Part shown: positions 24,725-42,155 of the stretch, piece after piece
Layout: the number at the start of each line of letters is the position of its first letter
Position numbering within the stretch: the stretch's first letter is position 1
NCBI GenBank assembly: GCA_002269645.1
Contig: NIVC01002101.1
Location: 62,001-126,000, forward strand
Reading direction: 5' to 3'
Source of the DNA: Macrostomum lignano
Lineage: Eukaryota
Length of the DNA stretch: 64,000 bases
The notes under the pieces: generated by a model
Told to the model about the DNA's origin: nothing
What the model saw: the letters and a program-made list of their open reading frames with translations, nothing else
Database searches by the model: none
Translations under genes and position numbers: made by a program

Positions 24725-25169
24725 ATGTAGGATGTATATCAGTATAAGAGTGGTGTGAAAATTTATTAAAACGTTGAAGACATGTGATTTGTGCGATGGT
24801 ATTAAAGAACTGTGTGACTTAACCGTTGCCAAAATGACCCTCAGGACAGTCACTCCACTGTCCCCAGCGCGCGCCGTAGCTCGTCTGTATTTACGTAGCT
24901 GTGACTGTGAATTAATTTATTTATTTTGTCAGATCTCTCTGCAAGGGACAGGATTTTAATAAAAATGTTACCTTCGGTCAACATCCAGCACGCGCTGGAA
25001 GTAAGCAGTCAGCACACAGAATTGCTGCATTGAGTTCCGATTAGCAGTGTAGATAGAAGCAATAGCAGATGCATGCTTTTGAATTATTTTATCAGCAACT
25101 GTGAAAACATAAAGAAGAGGGAATTGCATGCTCGTGTATAAATTTCAGTTTATATTTGACATACGAGCG

Positions 25170-25940
25170 TAGGCGCCAGTAAGCGATGAAAAAGGGGCAC
25201 CAAGAAACTTAGAAATAAGCACCAATAAGCGATGAGAACTGGCCGTCAGTAAGCGATGAGAAAGGGGCGCCAGCAAGCGATGAGAAAGGGGCGTCAGTAA
25301 GCGATTAGAAAGGGGCGTCAGTAAGCGATTAGAAAGGGGCGTCAGTAAGCGATTAGAAAGGGGCGTCAGTAAGCGATGAGAAAGGAGCGCCAGCAAGCGA
25401 TGAGAAAGGGGCGTCAGTAAGCGATTAGAAAGGGCGTCAGTAAGAGATGAGAAAGAAGCGCCAGCAAGCGTTGAGAAAGGGGCGTCAGTAAGCGATGAGA
25501 AAGGGGCGTCAGTAAGCGATGAGAAAGGGGCGTCAGTAAGAGATTAGAAAGGGGCATCAGTAAGCGATGAGAAAGGGGCGTCAGTAAGCGATGAGAAAGG
25601 AGCGCCAGCAAGCGATGAGAAAGGGGCGTCAGTAAGCGATTAGAATGGGCGTCAGTAAGAGATGAGAAAGGAGCGCCAGGAAGCGATGCCAGCAAGCGAT
25701 GAGAAATGGGCGTCAGTAAGCGATGAGAAAGGGGCGTCAGTAAGCGATGAGAAAGGAGCGCCAGCAAGCGATGAGAAAGGGGCGTCAGTAAGCGATTAGA
25801 ATGGGCGTCAGTAAGAGATGAGAAAGGAGCGCCAGGAAGCGATGCCAGCAAGCGATGAGAAATGGGCGTCAGTAAGCGATGAGAAAGGGGCGTCAGTAAG
25901 CGATGAGAAAGGAGCGCTAGCAAGCGATGAGAAAGGGACA
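25170..25940. repeat. 24-bp minisatellite
   Basis: Unit GTCAGTAAGCGATGAGAAAGGGGC. Confidence 0.93.
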
Positions 25941-26249
25941 TTAGGTTGAAAAAAAAAACAATTTCTGTATTTTCCAAATCGATCGCTTCCGCAAAAAGAG
26001 CCTAGCTATGTAAGCCTATGGAATAAATTTCTGCAAGCCAATCCAATGCAGAAATCCAATTAGGCTAAACAGCCGCACCTCTGCATCAGAGTCTGCATTG
26101 ATGCTCCGCTTGTTTGAATAATCAGGGAGTTTATTCAAAGTCGGAGGCAAAAAGTGTGCCACAGCTGTCTGTAAAGTTGCCTACAAAATCACCTACTATT
26201 TAGTAGATAGTTTGGAATTAAATGCGAAATTTCGAGTTTATGTAACACT

Positions 26250-26620
26250 TCAGTGCCTTCAAGTTAGTCACAAATCAAACCCTCCAGTGTCTTCAAGTTA
26301 GTCACACATCAAACACCCAGTGTCTTCCAGTTAGTCACACATCAAACACCCCAGTGTCTTCCAGTTAGTCACACATCAAACACCCAGTGTCTTCCAGTTA
26401 GTCACACATCAAACACCCAGTGTCTTCCAGTTAGTCACACATCAAACACCCCAGTGTCTTCCAGTTAGTCACACATCAAACACCCAGTGTCTTCCAGTTA
26501 GTCACACATCAAACACCCAGTGTCTTCCAGTTAGTCACACATCAAACACCCAGTGTCTTCCAGTTAGTCACACATCAAACCCTCCAGTGTCTTCAAGTTA
26601 GTCACACATCAAACACCTCA
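26250..26620. repeat. 33/34-bp minisatellite
   Basis: Unit CCCAGTGTCTTCCAGTTAGTCACACATCAAACA. Confidence 0.93.
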
Positions 26621-27889
26621 GCGTCTCGCTTGATCAGACTTGATGTGACCAACTGGAAACACCTCAGGTTCATTGACGAGTTACTTTCGCCGAGAATTTA
26701 AGTAATCTTCATCAAATTAATGTATCTTTTTCTCCATTTTCTTAGAGCAGCACTCAATATTTTTGCACTAGCGTTCTTTCTTGTAAAGAAAAATCAAATA
26801 ATAAAGCAATCAACTCACAAACAACGGTGCTAAACCAAAATCCCAGTAAATTGATTTCTTTTTCAGTTGTTCTTCGCTAAAGTCCCCGGTACTCGAGCTT
26901 GCACTTCTATGAAGTCCCTGCACTGCTGCCTGACTCGAAAAATTGGCCCAGCAAAGTTGATGAGCTTTCATTCTTAGAAAGTTTCTGCTTCTGAAGCCAC
27001 TCGGCCCGACTGCACCCTGGAGACTGCGGAGATTAGAAAATGATCTTCGATTTTTCCAGTTCCTCCGACTGACTTCGCTGGCCTTCAATTTCGGTTTCTC
27101 TATGTGAGAAGCAAAATAGTCGTCTAAGATGTATGATTTTCGAGTTTCGTCTCACGATTTGGGTGCAAACTATTGAGACTGACAATTATAGAAATTCAAG
27201 GCAGCTTTACATCCCGTGTGAGCGTTTGTATGAGTGCGTGACTGCCTACAGTTTGGTGCGCTTGTATGTTTAGCAATCAGCTGTTTAGCGATCAGAAGTG
27301 ATCTCTAGTTGCTAATGAAAAATAAATTTCTCCAAATATTGTATATATAGATCAGAGCGCTTTTTCAATACAATCATCTGTGCTTCTCTATAAGTTTCTT
27401 TCGTTCTTGAAATCTTTTCAAGACTCAGAACCTATAAAATTGCTTCCGACCTGCTGCAACCGCTGCTTCTACTTCGGCTCTTCCACCCCGCTGTGTCCGG
27501 AGAAGCCTCAAAGAGAGGTTTTAAGCGCCAGCGAAGAACTCGGTGCTAAGGGGCATCAAAGGAGACCCTCACTTTCTTCTGTCGGTTCGTTTGACCTCGC
27601 GTCCTGAGTGGGTCGTTAATTATTTTTCCACTTCCTTGTTTGAGCGGCTGCATCAGCTGACCAATTCCATTGATTTGAGCTTCCTGTGTTGCGGTTCAGG
27701 CTCCGAAAAAATCGCGTGCTAAATTGAACAGTGAAAACTGTTTGTTTACTTGTCGTAGCATAAGTGAGCCACATTTTCTGGGCCTTTAAAACGCTTTCGT
27801 TGAAATTTAGGCTTGAAGGTTTTCCCAAACAGTAGTGGGTCTACTCGCTATATAATTTTTTTTTGGGTAAAAACCTCGTGTTCTCCACG

Positions 27890-28890
27890 GAAATCATCTT
27901 GGCCAAAGACAAATCCATATCAATCATCTTGGCCAAAGACACATCCATAGCAATCATCTTGGCCAAAGACACATCCATAGCAATCATCTTGGCCAAGGAC
28001 ACATCCATAGCAATCATCTTGGCCAAAGACACATCCATAGCAATCATCTTGGCCAAAGACACATCTATGACAATTATCTTGGCCATAGACACAATCATGG
28101 CAATCATCTTGGCCAAGGACACATCCATGGCAATCATCTTGGCCAAATACACATCTATGACAATCATCTTGGCCATAGACACAATCATGGCAATCATCTT
28201 GGCCAAAGACACATCCATAGCAATCATCTTGGCCAAAGACACATCCATAGCAATCATCTTGGCCAAAGACACATCCATAGCAATCATCTTGGCCAAGGAC
28301 ACATCCATAGCAATCATCTTGGCCAAAGACACATCCATAGCAATCATCTTGGCCAAAGACACATCCATGGCAATCATCTTGGCCAAAGACACATCCATGG
28401 CAATCATCTTGGCGAAAGACACATCCATAGCAATCATCTTGGCCAAAGACACATCCATAGCAATCATCTTGGCCAAAGACACATCCATAGCAATCATCTT
28501 GGCCAAAGACACATCCATGGCAATCATCTTGGCCAAAGACACATCTATGACAATTATCTTGGCCATAGACACAATCATGGCAATCATCTTGGCCAAGGAC
28601 ACATCCATGGCAATCATCTTGGCCAAAGACACAGCTATGACAATCATCTTGGCCATAGACAAATCCATGGCAATCTTTTTGGCAAAGCCACATTCATGGC
28701 AATCATCTTGGCCATAGACACAATCATTTCAATCATCTAAGGCCATAGAAACCATGGCAATCATATTGGCTTTAGACAAATCCCTGACAATCGTCTTGGC
28801 CAAAAACACATCCATGAAAATTAACTTTTGGCCATAGACACAATCACTTCAATCATTTTAGTCATAGACACATCCATGGAAATCATCATA
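27890..28890. repeat. 30-bp minisatellite
   Basis: Unit AATCATCTTGGCCAAAGACACATCCATAGC. Confidence 0.95.
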
Positions 28891-29809
28891 GCCATAGATA
28901 TATTCGAAAAAGGCGCCCCTAGAGGAAGGTGCTTGACATTGCCTATTACATCTAGACGTTGAAAAAACGCTACTCAACTTGCTCAGGAATGCCACAATGA
29001 AAGACTCGCCTTTTTGCGTGGGAGTGTAGGCGGGAAGCCGAGACAGGCGCGCCTCCTATCTGAATCCACATGCTACACTTCTCTGTCCCTCAAAATCAAA
29101 TTAATTATTCAAGAGCAAGACAGGTGCTTCGTAGGAGGTGTCACTTAAATAATTCATCAAGTCATGCTGGTCCTGCACGGAAACTTTTTGAGCTCATTCT
29201 GTGGACGCAGAGTGACTTGGTTGGTTAGTAATATACTTCATTACAGACACACACTATACTATCAGTTTGATAACTTAATTGACTTTTCTGTGGAGGCGAA
29301 CTCTCCAGAAACTGGAGCTGATACAGCTCTTGCAGCCATGTCAGAAACAACAATACAATTTGTGTGCAGATTGCTACTCAAGCATTTTTCTCGTCTTGAA
29401 AGAACGCAAAGGTGTATTTCGGTGCACAGTCTATGCACAATGGAAAATTACTAATGGCAAAGTTGCATGCAGCTAGTTTTCCATGAATTTAGCTGACTAT
29501 AAAGATGATACTAAAAGCTCTTTTCTAGCAACAAACAACCATAGAAAAGAAACTCCCAGACAAGATTAATTATACGCTGTCGTGCTTGAGAACGCAATAT
29601 ATGCATAAACAAACTTTGCCATTTTTTTTCAAACTAATCCTTGCCACTTTAACTTGAGCAGCTAGGGGCAGACTACTTAGAAAGAGAAATTTTATACAAT
29701 GAGAGGCGGGGTAGAAAAAATATTAAACATAAATTTGCTGTATAGCAACTGTTGCCGCTTCAATTAGTTACCGCTGTGAGCTGTCTAAGCTCGGCATAAA
29801 TAGCCTTCG

Positions 29810-34838
<5,029 letters not shown>

Positions 34839-34878
34839 CTGTATAGAAAATTTGGAAGCTTTTCAAGTCGATAAAGAG

Positions 34879-34930
34879 TTTTTATATCTGTCCGATGGGG
34901 ACGTGGCGGTCAAAGTTGCCGGTAGCCAAT
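34879..34930 (-). promoter_or_regulatory. Candidate TATA box and CCAAT box of the LamG gene
   Basis: TATAAAAA on the minus strand at 34886-34879, about 40 nt upstream of the ATG at 34838; AGCCAATCA (NF-Y-type) around 34925-34932. Confidence 0.45.
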
Positions 34931-35304
34931 CACGACTCTTCTCTATAAAGGATGGATTAGGCTGCACACAGCAGTCCATGCTGAGTATTAGTCAGGAAGT
35001 AGCCCAGCAAAATATGTATTCGTTATTTTTATATGTATAATAAAATTGATGAATTCAAATGAATGAAATTTAAAACAGTAAAATAATACTGTTAGAGAAG
35101 GAGAGTGTACATAGCGCTCTAACAGTTTCCAATATCTTGTATCAAGCTGAACTTAAAACGAAATTATTTTTACTCGTAGTATTATATTATCTAAAATGCA
35201 GTCACTGTGATTAGTTTTAAACGGCTTGAATTATACGAACTGGCCTCTAGTCTGAATGGTAAGATTGGCTGGGTCATATATTACAGAGGCCATTGGGGTT
35301 GCAG

Positions 35305-36480
35305 CCGACACAGTAACACAGTAATACAGCAGACATTTGACACAGCAATACATCAGGAATCGGACACAGTAATACAGCAGACATCGGACACAGTAATACA
35401 GCAGACATCGGACACAGTAATACAGCAGACATCGGACAAAGTAATACAGCAGACATCGGACACAGTAATACAGCAGACATCGGACACAGTAATACAGCAG
35501 ACATTTGACACAGCAACACATCAGGAATCGGACACAGTAATACAGCAGACATTTGACACAGCAACACATCAGGAATCGGACACAGTAATACAGCAGACAT
35601 CGGACAAAGTAATACAGCAGACATCGGACAAAGTAATACAGCAGACATCGGACAAAGTAATACAGCAGACATCGGACAAAGTAATACAGCAGACATTGGA
35701 CAAAGTAATACAGCAGACATCGGACAAAGTAATACAGCAGACATCGGACAAAGTAATACAGCAGACATCGGACAAAGTAATACAGCAGACATTTGACACA
35801 GCAACACATCAGGAATCGGACACAGTAATACAGCAGACATCGGACACAGTAATACAGCAGACATCGGACAAAGTAATACAGCAGACATCGGACAAAGTAA
35901 TACAGCAGATATCGGACAAAGTAATACAGCAGACATCGGACAAAGTAATGCAGCAAACATCGGACACAGTAATACAGCAGACATCGGACAAAGTAATACA
36001 GCAGACATCGGACACAGTAATACAGCAGACATCGGACACAGTAATACAGCAGACATTTGACACAGCAACACATCAGGAATCGGACACAGTAATACAGCAG
36101 ACATCGGACAAAGTAATACAGCAGACATCGGACAAAGTAATACAGCAGACATTTGACACAGCAACACATCAGGAATCGGACACAGTAATACAGCAGACAT
36201 TTGACACAGCAACACATCAGGAATCGGACACAGTAATACAGCAGACATCGAACACAGTAATACAGCAGACATCGGACACAGTAATACAGCAGACATCGGA
36301 CAAAGTAATACAGCAGACATCGGACAAAGTAATACAGCAGACATCGGACACAGTAATACAGCAGACATCGGACACAGTAATACAACAGACATCGGACAAA
36401 GTAATACAGCAGACATCGGACACAGTAATACAGCAGTCGGACACAGTAATACAGCAGACATCGGACACAGTAATACAGCT
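35305..36480. repeat. 24-bp minisatellite
   Basis: Unit CA(C/A)AGTAATACAGCAGACATCGGA with a recurring variant pair. Confidence 0.96.
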
Positions 36481-36612
36481 GGCAATGCTAAATAAAAGTA
36501 CATACAGATAAATTTACAAGAAAAAATTAGGTTAAAAGGCTGCATAAATCTAGTTTTATGTAGGGATGAAAGATCGCAAAATCAGTACAATAATCGTATT
36601 TACACCACCAAG

Positions 36613-37824
36613 TCAGCTACGTTCATCAGCCGAATCCCGGAACACTTCGTCCTCAGAGTGATCCGAGTGCACTCCATTCATTTTCACCTGACCGGTCTTT
36701 CCATCGCTTTCAGTTTCCGCGCTGGCTCCATCGAAGTCGCCGTTTTCACCGCCAGCCTCCGCAGGAGCAGCAGCGGAGGGCGCCCGGCGGCGGTCCTCTT
36801 TGAAGTCGAGAAAGGCCTCAAGAAAGGCGGCCCGCTCCGGCTCGTCCAGCTGGCGAAAATGCGGTGCCGCCTTGACGCGCGCCCACGGCTGTCCAGACAC
36901 GGAGCGAACGCACTGCTCGGCGAGGTCAGGGCACCGCAGCCAGCGGATGCAGATAAAATAGTACTTCATGGCCTTCTCAGGCTCGACTGATTCGCTACTG
37001 AGCTGGGTATCGACGAACTGCAGACAGGACCAGGTCAGGCTGTGCAACTGAAACTTCGAGGCCAGGGAGCTCAGCGGCAGCAGAGTGGACTCCTCCAGGA
37101 CGCGACTGTAGCCGGGGTACATGAACTGCAGCATCAGGTGGACGTCCTGAACCTTCTCGTCTAGCAGAGTCATCAGGCCGCTGCGCGCCACTTCGGAGTC
37201 CTGACGCGAGAACAGGGCGGCAAAATAGTCCGAGTTGAGCACCAGAACAGTTCGGTGCACATGGAAGGTGACCTGCCCGACCTGGATGCGAAAGTCCGCG
37301 CCGTTCTGCGCCCGAGTAAAATTGTGCCTCCTTCTCGGGTAGAGCAGCTTTGAAGACTCGTAGATCTTGATGACGCCGCTAAGTCGCAGCACTTCCGATC
37401 CGTCTGGCGCGCTGACGAAGCTGCCGAGCTCATCGGTGGCAGCGAACTGCGACCAGCCCCAGCTGTCGTCCGCCTTGCTGAACTGCCGCGGGCTCGAGCT
37501 CTGGCGCTCCACGCTGCGATTGTCGGGACCCGTCAGACGCACGGAGAATTCCGTGTTGCAGCTGACGCCGTCTGTGCACACCTGAGGCTCGAATTTCAGG
37601 TAGAGCGCCAGGTAGCTTTGATCGGTGCCCTGGTGCTGGTAGAGCTTCAGCTTCCAGTTCACTCTGCCTGCTCTGGAGCAGTCTTTGAGCGAGTACAGCA
37701 GGCGAGTGTCAGTTTCCAGCATGCGCTTCACGTCGCTGTAGGGTATGTTGATGGCGAACTTCAGGTAGTACTTGATTTCGGCACTGCCATTGCCGCCGCC
37801 ATGGCCGCTGCTAACTGAGGCCAT
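36613..37824 (-). CDS. MATH-BTB (SPOP-like architecture) Cullin-3 adaptor candidate, single coding exon
   Basis: Uninterrupted ORF; first ATG at 37824 (the track start at 37866 is TTG). MATH: NWKLKLY...YLALYL...FSKADDSWGWSQF. BTB: ADFRIQVGQVTFHVHRTVLVLNSDYFAALF...MLQFMY, followed by a BACK-like helical region and an acidic tail. Confidence 0.85.
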   Translation of the reverse strand: MASVSSGHGGGNGSAEIKYYLKFAINIPYSDVKRMLETDTRLLYSLKDCSRAGRVNWKLKLYQHQGTDQSYLALYLKFEPQVCTDGVSCNTEFSVRLTGPDNRSVERQSSSPRQFSKADDSWGWSQFAATDELGSFVSAPDGSEVLRLSGVIKIYESSKLLYPRRRHNFTRAQNGADFRIQVGQVTFHVHRTVLVLNSDYFAALFSRQDSEVARSGLMTLLDEKVQDVHLMLQFMYPGYSRVLEESTLLPLSSLASKFQLHSLTWSCLQFVDTQLSSESVEPEKAMKYYFICIRWLRCPDLAEQCVRSVSGQPWARVKAAPHFRQLDEPERAAFLEAFLDFKEDRRRAPSAAAPAEAGGENGDFDGASAETESDGKTGQVKMNGVHSDHSEDEVFRDSADERS

Positions 37825-39247
37825 GTCTAGCGTGCCATCAGTCTCAACAGCAGAGGTTTGTCGCAATTGATTTCACTGCCTTCTGTCTGCTTAATCGCCT
37901 GAAGGCAGCTCACCTTAGTTTGGAATGCAATATAGGTCTGTCAATCTTCTCTGACTCGCCCCTTTTTTCTGTCTTTCTCACCGCTGCGCTTCTGACTGGC
38001 CCCTCGAAGACAGGCAGTTTTATTACAACTATAATAGCCGGCTACTGTTTAGAGGCGACAGTTGGGCTGCTGCTGCATTTTGGGGTTTTGCGTTCTGTTC
38101 TGTTTCATTTTTTGAGCAGTCGCAAAAAAGTTTCAAAGCAAAGTAGCGATTGGCGGGCGGCAGTGGGTAGAGGAGCTCGGCTGGTGCTGGCGAGAGGGTT
38201 GAGATTCCGCTTGAAAAAACAAATCTTGCGGGGCCACGACTCGAGAAAGGCAGAGAGCAGAGCTGGCCCCACGCTGCGAGTAGCAGATGTAGCCTGAGAA
38301 GCTGCAGAGACGAGAGGCATTGTTAGGGGGGCGGACAGTCACCCACCACTCCCTACTCGAGCCAGCAGTTAAACTCTCAAGCTCTGAATTGCAGCGCCGC
38401 CTTTACTTGAGCTAGATATTCTTTTCTCATTATTTTAATTTGTTCGGCTTTCTGCGAAAGTCTTTCTAAAAACCCTCCCCGGCATTGGCCGCAGTCTGTG
38501 AGTCCCAGAGCTCAGCAGAGTAGCAAGGAAAGTCAAGGGACCGCGCGTGAATGTAAACACACTCAGTAGGTCAGCCTTTCTCATGGCTGCCTCAGCGGTG
38601 CCAGGTGGCGCCCGATGCGGTTACGTGACTTTGCTTGAGTTGAGAATGCTTCTTCGTGGGTGCTGCGCAGTTGTACTCTGTGGAATAATGTTTCTACTAT
38701 ATAGCGATAAATGCTATTTAGCAATGGCATCGACAACTATAGAGTTGACTCATTTTAATTGAAGGTTGTTTCTAGCTTCGAAAGTCATTTTATACACTGT
38801 AGTTTACAGAACAATGCATGAATTTTTGCATCAACATTCAATTCAAATCTGGTTACTTCTTTTACAGCAAACAAATAGCATTTAGCATTTAGCATTTAGC
38901 ATTTCGCAGTTCTCGTAGTTGCTGACCAACATCTATAATTAAAAGATTTCACGACCCTGCGGGTGGGCTACTACCAACTCCAAGGTAGCCGCTATACAGA
39001 ACCTGTTGGTCGGACTGAAGTGGCAGCTTGCGACAAGAAACTGCAGTGCTAATTAAACGCTCTCGGCGAAGGTGAGGACCTCACGCTGGGTTCTGCCGTT
39101 CGCAAAACAACAGTATTGTATTGGCTGTGTCGCTACCTGCTGCTTGCCTCGGTAAGCTGGCGGCTGAGCAGATCTCTTATGTCAGTGGAATTACTATAAC
39201 TTATGAGGCATGAAGATATTTTAGTACCCTACCTGCGCACACGATTG

Positions 39248-39822
39248 TGCATGAGCATGAGCATTAACTTTAGCATGAGCATGAGCATGAGCATGAGCAT
39301 GAGCATGAGCATGAGAGTGAACATGAGCATGAGCATGAGCATGAGCATTAACGTTAGCATGAGCATGAGCATTGACGTTAGCATGAGCATGAGCATGAGC
39401 ATGAGTATGAGCATGAGCATGAGCATTGACGTTAGCATGAGCATGAGCATGAGCATGAGCATGAGCATTGACGTTAGCATGAGCATGAGTATGAGCATAA
39501 GCATGAGCATGAACATAAGCATTAGCATGAGCATTGATGTTAGCATGAGCATTGATGTTAGCATGAGCATTGATGTTAGCATGAGCATTGATGTTAGCAT
39601 GAGCATTGACGTTAGCATGAGCATTGACGTTAGCATGAGCATGAGTATGAGCATAAGCATGAGCATGAACATAAGCATTAGCATGAGCATTGATGTTAGC
39701 ATGAGCATTGATGTTAGCATGAGCATTGATGTTAGCATGAGCATTGATGTTAGCATGAGCATTGACGTTAGCATGAGCATTGACGTTAAGCATGAGCATG
39801 AGCATGAGCATGAGCATGAGCA
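39248..39822. repeat. (AGCATG)n hexamer with derived 18-bp units
   Basis: AGCATG runs interspersed with AGCATGAGCATTGA(C/T)GTT. Confidence 0.95.
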
Positions 39823-40214
39823 AGAGCAATATAAATATTTCTACAAATTTTTCAGAATAAAAACCCAAGCCTCAAAATTTATCTTGCATGAATATTTTTT
39901 CTGTTGCCACGACAAAATAAGCATTTTAAACGATTATGCAGTTTATCTTCTCATCTTCTCATCTCATTTGGAAAATTATAAACAAAAAGAAAACTTCACA
40001 AATATTCAAATTAATTTTTTAAAAACGTTGACGTGCATCTAAACGCTGGCTGTATTACACGTCCAGATAAATGAAAATTTTACGGCTATCAAGACCTGCA
40101 GACAGCAAACACTGAATGCACATTCGAGTCGGAAATCACTGCTGACCACTAGGCTTCTCAACAGTAGTGAGGAAGGTGTCAAAACTATTTGTTCTTCAAT
40201 TAAATAGTAATTTA

Positions 40215-41665
40215 TCTACAGCACACACAAAAGCAGCACACACAGCTACAGCACACACAGCTACAGCACACACACCTACAGCACACACAACTACAGCACA
40301 CACACCTACAGCACACACAGCTACAGCACACACAGCTACAGCACACACAGCTACAGCACACACAGCTACAGCACACAGCTACAGCACACACCTACAGCAC
40401 ACACAGCTACAGCACACACAGCTACAGCACACACAGCTACAGCACACACACCTACAGTACACACAGCTACAGCACACCTACAGCACACACAACTACAGCA
40501 CACACACCTACAGCACACAGCTACAGCACACAGCTACAGCACACAGCTACAGAACACAGCTACAGCACACAGCTACAGCACACAGCTACAGCACACACAC
40601 ACCTACAGCACACACCTACAGCACACACAGCTACAGCACACACACCTACAGCACACACCTACAGTACACAGCTACAGCACACAGCTACAGCACACAGCTA
40701 CAGCACACAACTACAGCACACACACCTACAGAACACAGCTACAGCACACACAGCTACAGCACACCTACAGCACACACACACCTACAGCACACACCTACAG
40801 CACACACAGCTACAGCACACACACCTACAGCACACAGCTACAGCACACAGCTACAGCACACACAGCTACAGCACACACACACCTACAGCACACACCTACA
40901 GCACACACAGCTACAGCACACACACCTACAGCACACACCTACAGTACACAGCTACAGCACACAGCTACAGCACACAGCTACAGCACACAACTACAGCACA
41001 CACACCTACAGAACACAGCTACAGCACACACAGCTACAGCACACCTACAGCACACACAGCTACAGCACACCTACAGCACACACAGCTACTGGTACAACAC
41101 ACACAGCAACAGCACACACAGCTACAGCACACCTACAGCACACACAGCTACAGCACACACAGCTACAGCACACACAGCAACAGCACACACACCTACAGCA
41201 CACACAACTACAGCACACACAGCAACAGCACACACAGCTACAGCACACACAGCTACAGCGCACACAGCTACAGCACACACACCTACAGCACACACCTACA
41301 ACACACAGCTACAGCACAACTACAGTACACACAACTACAGCACACCTACAGCACACACAACTACAGCACACACAGCTACAGCACACAGCTACAGCACACA
41401 GCTACAGCACACAGATACAGCACACACAACTACAGCACACACCTACAGAACACAGCTACAGCACACAGCTACAGCACACAGCTACAGCACACAGCTACAG
41501 CACACAGTTACAGCACACAAAGCTGCAGCACACACAGCTACAGCACACAGCGACAGCACACAGCTACAGCACACACAGCTACAGCACACAGCTACAGCAC
41601 ACAGCTGCAGCACACAGCTACAGCACACAGCTACAGCACACAGCTACAGCACACAGCTACAGCAC
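40215..41665. repeat. 11-17-bp CA-rich minisatellite
   Basis: Unit CTACAG(CA)n. Confidence 0.96.
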
Positions 41666-42155
41666 TGCAAAACTTCAATAAATCAAAATTTAAGCTGAAA
41701 AGAAATTTGAGAGCATAATTGGTAATATTTTTAGTAGTTCCAAGAGAAAGTAACATTTTCAAGCGTTGCTCTGAGTTCTTGATTCAGAGAAGAGTTTTAA
41801 AAGAAGAGAGAAGGTATTATCACAAAGGTGTGGGGCTGAAATAGTGAGGCGCAATGTGATGATAATTAGCAGTCAATTAAAAAGTATAGAAGATGAAGGG
41901 ACAGAAGCGAATTAGGGATGAAGAAGTTGCGTGACTGCAAGGCGTTGCGCATCAGCACATCGGTTTGCCACCGTTACTTCAGCGATTTGTAGGAATGAAT
42001 TAGGAAGGCCGAATGCAGTTTTCAGAACAATTACAAGTTAAACTGCAGTTGGACGACTCGATAACAAAGTCGGAACAGTCTCAGCATAGCCGTATCGCAA
42101 AACACAAGCTCCGTAAGACAATGCAATATTCGGACGCTGGTAACATTGCAGACTT

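Noticed and set aside
26250-26620. CRISPR-like appearance of 30-39 bp repeats here and elsewhere
   Set aside because: Units are head-to-tail with no unique spacers, no cas genes, and the context is eukaryotic.
27841-28717. 257-284 aa repetitive ORFs
   Set aside because: 30-bp satellite.
35207-36545. 384-434 aa repetitive ORFs on both strands
   Set aside because: 24-bp satellite open in several frames on both strands, which is typical of artefacts.
36658-37818. Plus-strand ORFs over the MATH-BTB gene (and similar antisense ORFs over CC2D1 and FReD exons)
   Set aside because: Shadow ORFs from GC-rich codon usage on the opposite strand.
39203-41681. Met/Ser-, His/Ala- and Thr/His/Gln-rich ORFs
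   Set aside because: Translations of hexamer and CA-rich simple repeats.
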